From NCBI GenBank assembly GCA_963693365.1, contig CAVNZM010000004.1:8655093-8719092 (forward strand): 64,000 nt of DNA. Reading direction: 5' to 3'. Below are positions 53,733-64,000 of the stretch, piece by piece. The notes under the pieces were generated by a model. The model had not been told where the DNA came from. It made no database searches and worked only from the letters and a program-made list of their open reading frames with translations. A program made the translations under genes and the position numbers. Every line of letters begins with the position of its first letter. Position 1 is the first letter of the stretch. Source of the stretch: Amoebidium appalachense (lineage: Eukaryota; Protista; Ichthyosporea).

Positions 53733-54889
53733 CGTACGTGTGTGTGTGTGTGTGCGTGTGTGTGTGTGCGTGTTGGGGAGGGAAAGGGGGGCAGGGGGGG
53801 GGGGGGGGGGGGAGAAGTAGACAGGAGGATGGGAGTCATGAAGGCAAAACCATGTGAAAACCAACAAAGAGAAAAACACGAGACGAAGCCAAAACGACAC
53901 AGGAAGATGATACTACTTGAGCATGAACAAAGCCCATCGTCCGCCCGCAAGCAGGGGAGGGGGGGGGGAGGGGGGGGGGGGGGGGGGTAAAATGCATCAT
54001 GGCGAACAAGACACAATGGTAAACAACACAAAAACAGGGCGCAGGGGGAAGGTAACGAAAAAAGAATGTGGTGAAGAGGGCGACACGTGGGGACTGAGTT
54101 TTCATTCTCTAAGAGAGCTAGGCACGTGCAAAACACGTTGGAGAGCGAAGAATGCGTTTATTTTGGGTTATTTGGGAGGGGGGGACACAAAGGGGTTGGA
54201 TATGCACAAGATTAGATATAATAACGTACCGGAGGGCCAGACTCATGCAAAACACGGTGTAGAAAAGAGAATGCAGAATTATAATGGAGGGGGTCACAAG
54301 GGGGTTGGATATGTGTAAGACTGGATATACAACACAAGATTGGATATATCAACATGCCGGAGACGAACGAGTTCTCGTTCTTGGAGAGGACCAGACTCAT
54401 ACAAACCACGGTGCAGAAAGAAGAATGCGGGATTTAAATAAAGGGGGCCACGAGGGGGTTGGATATATACAAGACTGGATATACATAAGACTCGATGATA
54501 TCAAGAAACCTTAGAAAACAGAGTCCTCTTTCTTGGAGAGGGCCAGGTTTACTCAAAACACGCAAAACACGGTGCACAAAGGACAATGCGGGATTCTAAG
54601 GGAAGAGGAAAACAAGGCGGTTGGATATATACAAGATTGGATATAACAACCTACCTGAGAAGAAGGAGTTCTCGTTCTTGGAGAGGGCCAGACTCATGAC
54701 GTCACCGGTGTGGCCCTGGAACTGTGTCTTGAGCTGCCCGGTCTCGATGTCCCACAGCGCACACGTCATGTCCCCGCTGCTGGTCACGATCTCCTTGTCG
54801 CTGAGGAACCGGCAGCACGACAGGTAGCCTGAAAGCATACGCGTGTGTATGTATGTGTACGTGTACGTGTGTGTGGGAGAGGGGAGACG

Positions 54890-54952
<63 letters not shown>

Positions 54953-55598
54953 CACGCGCGCTTTTTACAACGGAGGGAGTGTGCTTGGTGGGGAGAAGGG
55001 GGGGGGGGGGGGGGGGGAGGGGGGGGGAGGGGGGTACAAGAAAGTTACACGAGCGGCGTGGGTTGGTGTATGTTGTGAGGGTTGCCCGTGGGTGTTGGTA
55101 ACGGTTGTGGAGGGAATGGATGGGGTGTATGGCCGTACAGTATGCAGCACAAAGGTGCACAGCAGCAACAGCACAACGTTGTATCCAAATATCTACGTGC
55201 CATACACGTGCACGCGTGCCTGCTGATATATATATAGAGCTTCGTTTTGCCTAGGTAATGTAGAGGGGAGAGAATATTTTGCAGAACTCGAACACACCAG
55301 ATGACACAAAATGGCATGCTGCATATCAGTGTATCGTTATGTCGACAGGAGGCACAAGCCAAATCATCCATACATAATGCCTGATGGTCACGGAACTGAA
55401 AATACGGGAAACCGTTCCTTTTACACATTGTGTCGATCATCCATCCGCAATGTACAGGGGCGGGTGAGGTTACTTATGCGATCAAGACTTGAATAGAAAA
55501 TTTGACACAGTGATATGTGCTGAAGATTAGGGTTGCAGCTTAGATGGAGGGAGGGTGGCGTCGTGTGCTTGTGTGTGTGTGTGCGTGCGTGCGTGCGT

Positions 55599-55651
<53 letters not shown>

Positions 55652-57798
55652 GGCAAAAAAATATCGTGCACATGTGTGGTGTGTTTGTGAGTATGTGGGT
55701 CTTGGCTGTGGGTAGCAGTGTGTATGTGCTAGAATTGCGAGAGAGAGGGGAGGGGGAGGAGGGGGGGGGGGGGGGGGGGGTTGTTGATGCGGAACACGGT
55801 ACGAAGTATACATACACGATGAGAAGCCTAGTGCAGGGCACGTGCAAATGCAAACGGGGGGGAGAGGAAGGGGTGGCGACGAAATCACCCAAGAACACAA
55901 GCAAGCATACAAACATAACACAAGCCAAAAAAAAAAAAAAAAAAAAAAAAAACCCATACCGGTGTGGGCAGCAAGCTCACGGCTCACGCGCACAGCGCCC
56001 TCCCTAGTGCGCAGGTTGTAGATGGAGCAGATATTGTCCAGACCGCCGCAGGCCACAAAGTTGCCCGAGGGGGCATAGGCACAGGTCATGACCCACGACG
56101 AACGAAGGGGGATGGCGTGAACCTTGTTGGTGCTGATGGCGTCCCACACAATCAGCTTGCCGTCCTGAGACGCACTCACAAGGTGTCTGTGTGTGTGTGT
56201 GTGAGGGGGGGAGGGAGAGGGGAGGAGGGGGAAGGGGAGAGGGGAGGAGGAGGTAGGGGAAGGAAGGAGGGGGAAAATGGGGGGGGAAGAGAGGAGGGCG
56301 GGAGGGGAAGAGGGAGGAGACGGGAAGATGGAAGGGGCCGGTGAGAGAGAGGAACAGGGGAAAGAGGGTAGAAGGAAGGAGTGAAGGGAGGAACGAAGGG
56401 AGGTGGAGAGAAGGGGAGGGGAGGGAGGGGGGGGGGGGGGGGGGGGGGGAGGGGGGGAGGGGAAGCGGTTAGTTTGGGCGTGTCAAACTGTAGGTGTGTT
56501 GGGTGTGTGTGTGTGTGCGCGCGCTTTTGTTTGCGATGAAAAGACGTCTGTGGTTCGTGAAAAAGGAAAGTGCCTTTGTCCGTGTGTTCGTGTGGATGTC
56601 CGTGAGTGTTTGTGAGTGTGTGTGCATGTTTGTGTGTGTGTCGAGGGGGAAAGTGGTTGGGAGGAAACGGGCAAGAGAGGAAGAAGGAATGAAATCAAAA
56701 TACCACGCAGATTTTGGACAACCAAGCACTCATTCAAGTATGCGTTTAAGTAGAGCGCACCCTAGGTGGGTGTATGTGTGTGTGTGTGCTTGGGGCGGGC
56801 GGGAGGGGGGGGGGTAATGTGTACGACGTGTGTGCGTGCGGTAAATGTGCCTTTATGTGCGTGTTAACGTCTGTGCATGTGCATGTAGATGTGCGTGTAC
56901 ATGTGTGTCTGCGTGTGTGTGCGTGTGTTGTGTGCATGTGTTACTGGAGACAGGGGGAAATGACGGCATGAAGGGGGGAAAGGGGGCGAATTGGGGAGCA
57001 CAATGCGAGTAGGAAGACACACACTAGAGATGCAAACGGTAAATCATGCTTTGTGATTCAACAGGCCCCTTGGTCGGCACGCCCTGGGGGGAAGGGGGGA
57101 GGGGAGGGGGGGGGGGGTTTTGAATGCGGAACACAGTACGAAGTACGCATACACGATGAGAAGCATGGTGCAGGACACATGCAAAGGCAAACATTCAAGT
57201 ATGCAGCATCAGCCATGCGCACAGTATGCGTCATAAGCAGAGCCCATCCTCAGGGAGGGCCCAAGTGGGGGGGGGGGTTGAATGCGTGATTGAGTACAAG
57301 TACACATTCGCAACGGACAACACAATGCAGAGTGCAAACCACACATAAAAAGAGTATGCCCAATAAGCAGAGCCCATCCTCAAGAGGCGTCCAAGTCATC
57401 CACAGTACCCGAATTTCGACTTATCCACCTCATGGGGGAGGAAGGGGGGGGGGGGGGGGGGGGGGGAGGGGAGGGGGGAAGGGGGATAAGTATGTGCCGT
57501 GGGGGGGGGGGGGGGGGGGGGGGGGGTGGGGGGGGATGCGAGGAGTTAATGGGGTAGACTTCAACAAGACCGAGGAACGAGGTCGGAGTGACTGGAAGGC
57601 AAAGGGGGGATAGAGGGGGGGAGGGGAGGGGAAGAGGAGAGGGGGACATGGAATGCTACACACATTGCCAAGCACATACTCTCAACAGGAAACCTGGTGC
57701 GGATGTGCAAGAAAGCGTACAGAGGTGTGCAACCTAGCTCGCGCGCGAAACCCAGCTCAGACAGGTATACCCTGGCACGCACTGGAGGGGAGGGGGAA

Positions 57799-57835
<37 letters not shown>

Positions 57836-58454
57836 GGTATATTCGGATGTGTTAGAGAATACGAAGCACACATTATTGACGGACAACACGAAACAAAATT
57901 GCCAAGCACACATCAAGAATATGCATCATAAGCAGACCCCATCATTGAGGGGAAGGGGGGTAAACATCAACAGAACCCCTGGGGAGGGGGGGGGGGAGGT
58001 GGGAGAGAGAGAGAGAGAGAGGAGGGGGGGGGGGGGGGGGGGGGGTTTACCTGTTGTCGGTGGACCAGTGCATGGCGTAGATTTTGGCCAGATGGCCCCT
58101 GAGGGTGCGGCGCACACGCAGCATCACCTTGGGCAGGTCAGCAACATCTGGGGGGGGTTCATTAGTGATATGTTGCAATTCCGTAAAATTTCGCACGCAC
58201 GCACGCACGCACGCACGCACATGCACATGCACACACACACGGTGTGCACCACAAGTAGAGCTCACACACCCTCGGGAGAAGGGGGGGAAGACGGGTGGTG
58301 GTGGTGGTGGTGGTGGGGGGGGGGGGGGGGGGGATGAATGTGTACACAGTACAAAGTATAAGCACAGCAGATGACCTATACGGAGATATGCAAAAGAGGG
58401 TGGGGCGGGACGGGGCAGGGCAGGGTGGGGTGGAGCGGTACGGGCTGGCTGGAG

Positions 58455-58492
<38 letters not shown>

Positions 58493-58688
58493 GTAATCAC
58501 TTAACTTCACAGCGGATAACATATGTAATGCATACCAGCAAACCCCCCCCCCCCCCTCCCCCCCCCCCCCCCCTCCCCTACCCCCCGCCACCACCACCAC
58601 CACCCACCCCGCACAGAGAAAAGAGAGAGCAAGGAAGAAAGAAAAGAAAAGAGAAGAAGAAGCAAAGCAACACGAAAAGAAAAAGGAG

Positions 58689-58719
<31 letters not shown>

Positions 58720-58878
58720 AAGGGTAAAATAACATAAAATTTAACTAACGTATCAAAAAATACCTCCGCATGCGTCCCTGAGAGTGGTGTCCCTCTTGGA
58801 CTCCCTCTCGGCCTTGATCTTGGCCTTGATCTCGTCGGCCTCCTTCTTGAGCTGTGCAATCCGATCGTCCGCAGACAT
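50387..58878 (-). CDS. GNB: Heterotrimeric G-protein beta subunit (343 aa, WD40)
   Basis: Exons (minus strand): 58878-58764, 58147-58051, 56186-55960, 54828-54655, 53559-53447, 52189-52093, 51106-50993, 50481-50387. All introns GT-AG; total 1032 nt in frame. Translation includes [89 protein letters not shown] and [11 protein letters not shown]. Confidence 0.97.
52628..52791. repeat. G-beta-locus intronic repeat family, full-length copy (near-identical to 59303-59466)
   Basis: ttgaatgcggaacacgg...cccatcctcagggagggcccaagtcatcaattgcgtctgagtttcgaccccttagcc; one mismatch seen against 59303-59466. Partial or diverged copies at ~51385-51520, 55783-55855, 57120-57425, 57840-57950 and 59214-59270. 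Confidence 0.85.
54090..54700 (-). repeat. Degenerate tandem array derived from the G-beta exon 4 / intron 4 junction
   Basis: About 4 units of 110-150 bp. Each carries exon-derived sequence (gagggccagactcat and/or ttctcgttcttggagag) plus intron-derived ggggttggatat..caagattggatat. Confidence 0.75.
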
Positions 58879-58891
58879 CTTGGCTGCAAGT

Positions 58892-61800
58892 CTGTGTTAC
58901 CAACGGGGTTAAAAAAGTCAGTGCACCAAAAATGACCCATGAGGGGTTAATAAGGAACACGCAGGTGTTCAAGTCAGCCATCGTGCACCCAATGTAACCC
59001 ATGAGGGGTTAATGGTGACCACACAGGGGTTAAGTAAGTAGCCGTGCAGCAAAAATAATACATGCAAGGGGGTAATGGGTAATAGTGACTTGAAGACGGG
59101 TCAAAGTGGTTAAAGCCATCTTCCCTGCCCCTCTGTGACCACCCACCCACAAGTTAATTAAAGGGGTGGTGGTGGTTGGGGGGAGGGGGAAGGGGCATGG
59201 GGGAAGAGGGGGGTTGAATGTGCTACAAAGTACGAAGCACACATAAACAACGGACAACGCGATGCAGATTGGAGGGAAAGGGGGGGGGGGGGGGGGGGGG
59301 GGTTGAATGCGGAACACGGTACGAAGTACGCATACACGAAGGACACATGCAAAGGCAAACATTCAAGTATGCAACATAGCCATGCGCGCAGTATGCGTCA
59401 TAAGCAGAGCCCATCCTCAGGGAGGGCCCAAGTCATCAATTGCGTCTGAGTTTCGACCCCTTAGCCGGGGGAATGCAGTGCAACACACAGTACCATGTAC
59501 CAAGACGCAAAAAGAAAACCGTATTTAGAACATGTGACATGTCTGTGGAGGGGGTTGGGGGGGGGGGGGGGGGGAGGGGGGGAGGGGGGGAGGTTGGAAG
59601 ATAGAAAGCAAGAGGAGTAAATGCAGCACAGAGCTAACTTCAATCAAGGAAACCAAAACAAGAAAAAGGAAAGAGAAAGAGAGAAAGAGAGTAATACAAT
59701 TTGTGAATACAAAAGGTGCCCAGGGGAGAGAGGGGAAGGGTGGGTGGGTGGGTGAGTGGTGGTGATGGTGGTGGTGGTGGTGGTGGTGGTGGTGGTGGGG
59801 TGGGGGGGGGGGGGGGGGGGGAGGGGGGGGGGGGGGGGGTCGCTAAGTTGCTACGCACCCACCCCTTGACTGCAATGAATACCAAGAAAGTCGAAGAGTG
59901 GGGCCCTAGGGGGATGAATACAGCAAGACAGAACAACACGGTGAAAAGAAAACATTGGCACAGTGATGCAACGGGGAAAGGCAACACAGATACTAAACAC
60001 GTGCCCCACAACCACTCAACCACACAGATATCCACGCATGCAAGATTGCACGCACACACACACGCCAGCACGCATGCGCCCCCGTGCGCGCACGCGCGTA
60101 CACACACACACATACACACACGCACACGCACACACACACACACACACACACATACACACACGTGGGCATGCACGTACACACACACCCACGCACCTACACA
60201 CGCGTGCGCGCACGTACACACACAAGCACGCACACACCCAAAAAAAAAAAAAACACCTGCATGTAGGCACACAAATACACGGACCCCCCCCCCCCCCCCC
60301 TTTCCCCCCGCCCCCCAAAAAACACACACACGCACGCACACCTTACCCCGCCACCACCACCACACACACACACACACACACAGAAACACACCTCTGCCGG
60401 TGAGCCCATGCACGTGCGCACACACTCTTACACACAAAAGACCGTGCCAAAACCACCAAACATGCACGTGGGCACCTATGAAAACACGTGCATACACACA
60501 CATGCGCACGGATGGTTCACGGACTCACAGACACTCAGATCCAGGTGTATATATATACACTAAAACTCAGGGTGGGTGAGCATAGGTGAGGGGGTAATGA
60601 CGGTAACTTCGAAGAATAAGCACAAAGATAGTAAAGAGGATAACGTGTGTGTGTGTGTGTGTTGGTGAGTGCACACCTTCACAGCACTCCAACACAAGCA
60701 CATACATGTCACAAAGATGCTACAGAGAAGACAGAGAGACTGGCACAATCCCTGCGTGGCCTGCCAGACTAACATCCACCCATATCAACACACTTGCAAC
60801 ATGAAAAAAAAAAGCATGCACATCCACCAAGAACACGCACAACAACAAAAGACAAGCAAGGGCACACAGACACCCAAACATTCACACATCCCTTCAAAGC
60901 CGTACACGTCTCTCCAAGTGCCTAATTGCTGACAAATACAAAGCACACCCACCTTCAAACGTTCCCTCCCCTCTCCCCATCCCTTTCCCCCTATCTTGCC
61001 CACCACCGCTAGCCACCCACTTTCTCCTCCACATGCAGACCCATTGATACGGCAACCCAGTATATGTCCGTCCGTTTGTCACCTTCCCAAGTTCCGTTCC
61101 ACTGAGCATCACACGACCACAATTTCCTTTCCTATACACCAAGAAAACCAGAAAGAACATAGCCAGGTACCCCCTCGAGGACCCAGAACAAGCATCACAC
61201 TAAGAAACCATCGTGCTGGTAGATGTGTTTATCTGTGGACTGTTTTTAAGGAAGCACACAAGCGCTCGCACAAGAAGCCCCCCAAAGACCGCAGCCATGC
61301 TTGAAAGGACGTGGCAACATGTGGAAGTGATTAAAGACAATAGGAGAGAAGAACCAGTGCAGTTGCCAAGAAATAAGCGGCTAGAAAGAGAAACTCATAC
61401 ATCAATAGACAGAATACGCAAGCCCCATTCCAAGCTACTATACGAGTGCGCTACAGAAGGGAATTACACGATTAGCAAGCATGCAATCATATGCTGCACG
61501 TAGGAAATTATGCGCACATCAAGGGACTAGAGAATTACAAGTTGAGCGCTTGCACACCTTTGGTCCTCATCCGACCTAGTTAAGGAGACCCAGCCTACAC
61601 TGCCACCTTTCTCCATGCCTACCACTATCAAAGATTCAACCGACTTTTCCACTGTGTTCCCTCCCCCCTCCCCCCCCCCCTTCTCCGCGCCCCCCCTCCC
61701 CCCCCCCTCCAAAAAAAAAAAAAGAGAGAAACGAAGAAACTTTTGTGCGTGCCCGACCTAACAAGCCTAAGAAAACTTCTGTAGGACGTGTGGGTTGGAC

Positions 61801-62290
61801 AAAACAAAGCCGGTTTGCACAATCACTCTAAAGAATTGGACAATCCACACTGCTGTTGTCCAGACGAGCATGTTCAACTTTCCACCAAGAATAAGTCAAG
61901 CGCAGACAAAAATCCAGCTGGGAAGTACAGATAACGGTGTTGTGCATAGTTAACGCCCTTGCAGACGCATGTGCAGAAACCAAACCCATGCAAAAGCACA
62001 TATAAGCATAGAGGCACACGTGGGGACCCGAGAAGACACACAACCACACATACACGCACGCACCACACACGCGTGCACACAAACATAAAAACACACATGC
62101 GCGCACACACACAGAGAGAGACCCAGACACAGTGACACACACACACAAAGACACACAGAGGCACACAACCGCACACATGCACCAAAAGAATGTACGCAGC
62201 TCTCTACACGTGCTGGAACACACGAGTAAGCGTGTGCGCACCAACACGCACGCACACATAGACAACACACACACACACAAATCCACTTAC
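58892..62290 (-). other. Putative 5'-UTR intron of the G-beta gene
   Basis: Minus-strand acceptor ttaaccccgttggtaacacag| 13 nt before the ATG; strong donor AAGTG|GTAAGT at 62290. The interior has the same C/G-run and CA/GT composition as confirmed introns. Additional small exons cannot be excluded. Confidence 0.45.
59303..59466. repeat. G-beta-locus intronic repeat family, full-length copy
   Basis: Near-identical to 52628-52791, in the same orientation, also immediately after a long G-run. Confidence 0.85.
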
Positions 62291-63464
62291 CACTTGACCG
62301 TGTGTTGCCTGTGGGGTATTCCGAGTTCCACCAGAGGAGTCCAAACCCCTCACGATAACTAAAACGTGCGTTTTGAATTGACTTGTAGGACCCAAAAAGA
62401 AAAGCACGCTGGTATTATCACGTTCTTGCACTCTATCCGCCCCCTTGATCTCCTAGATGTAAGATGCTATGTGTGGCCTTTTCACACACGGTTTATGAAA
62501 CTGTTACAACACTAAGTAGTTCCCAGAAGCCATCAGCTGATGTCTCAAGCACAACGAAAGCAAGGCTGGCAGCGTAAAACGGCGATTAGTAACGAAACGC
62601 CCTTCAGCTATGTTTTCTATATTTTCTGCTTTTTTCCTTGTTGTATTCCTCTATTCTTCTTTTTGCGAGCTCCTGCAAAAGCCTGAAGGATTTTTTTCTG
62701 ATCAGGAGAATCACGGGTGCGCGGGTTCGTTTGGCGCTGGGCGACCGCTAAGACATTGGAATGCAATAATATGCGATCACGAAACAATTTTAGCTCCAAT
62801 CGATTAGGCAAAGTTTCTGGGTTTGATTGGTGAATCTTAATAATTACGATTGTATTTTGTTGCAAATTATGATGTAGGGCTTGACCAAGGGTGGCCGGTC
62901 ATCAACATTACGCTGTAGGTAACTAAACAGTTGAAACGAAGATTAGCGACGTATACTATAGTTCGATATATATATATCTAAATATTTATCTTGTTGGTGG
63001 GAGTACTGTTGGCCTTGGTGCCTGCACCACAACAACGGCTTCACAGCTCACAAGCATGTTTAAAATAAACAGCAAACCCCTTCCCTCCCCCCCTTCTCCC
63101 CCCAACCCCCTCTCCCCGTCTCTTCCTCCCTCCCCCCCCTTTCGGGTTATCTAACCTAAAAGCAGAGGTATAAGGTTGGTTCTGGGCTGCTATTTGCTGA
63201 TACAAATTCAAAATAAAAAAAAGAAAAGGAAAAAAAGCAACGTAGGCCTAAGGGAAAAGTTGACACACTTTATACTGACCGTGTGCTATAGGGTATGGAG
63301 GTCCATTGCAATAAGCCAAGATGTAAGATCTGGCAATCTTTAACGCGGTGGCAAATGTGTATGCAAATTGAAGCGAAAACACCCACAACACCATTCACAC
63401 AAGTAAAAACACACACGTAACAAATCAACAGCAGATGCACAACAAAAAGGCTTAGCGCGATGAG

Positions 63465-63802
<338 letters not shown>

Positions 63803-64000
63803 CGAGTGACACGCACAAACTGGTTATCAACTAGCTGTATGCAAAGGTAAAGGCCTCCATTTATTGCCCAACCTGATCAAGTCCATCGAAAACCCCAAGG
63901 AGGTGTGTTTTCTTGCAGTTTTTATGGAATGTGCTTGTAAGTCTCATTGCTCACAGCACTGTGGCATTGCGTCATTAGTCTACTGGCAGTGCTTTGACAG

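Overview
Eukaryotic, intron-dense genomic DNA. Gene content suggests a unicellular holozoan (ichthyosporean- or choanoflagellate-like); this is inference only. Almost all ORFs in the supplied track are artefacts of poly-C/poly-G and (CA)n/(GT)n intronic tracts. Hand-splicing gives four genes: (1) the 3' part of a myosin-X-type gene (+, 43 exons, 124-29376; end of motor, IQ/SAH neck, split-PH1/PH2/PH3, MyTH4, FERM); (2) a Pho80/Pcl-family cyclin with an intronless CDS (+, ~34808-35815); (3) an intronless type-I membrane protein (-, 45696-47759) with a beta-helix-type N-terminal cap, a region resembling ZP-module and FRAS1/FREM2 C-terminal sequences, a furin site and a TM helix, with a sharply GC3-rich internal block; (4) an 8-exon G-protein beta subunit (-, 50387-58878, 343 aa). 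Mobile DNA includes a 5'-truncated LINE in a myosin intron, two fold-back/MITE-like elements, and a non-coding LTR element (TSD, PBS-like site, PPT) nested in an older solo LTR. A pair of diverged inverted repeats brackets the cyclin region. A G-run-anchored repeat family is confined to the G-beta locus, and one G-beta exon/intron junction is tandemly amplified. The most notable signals are the ZP/FRAS1-like surface protein and the intron grammar: C/G homopolymers, (CA)n directly at acceptors, and often no polypyrimidine tract.
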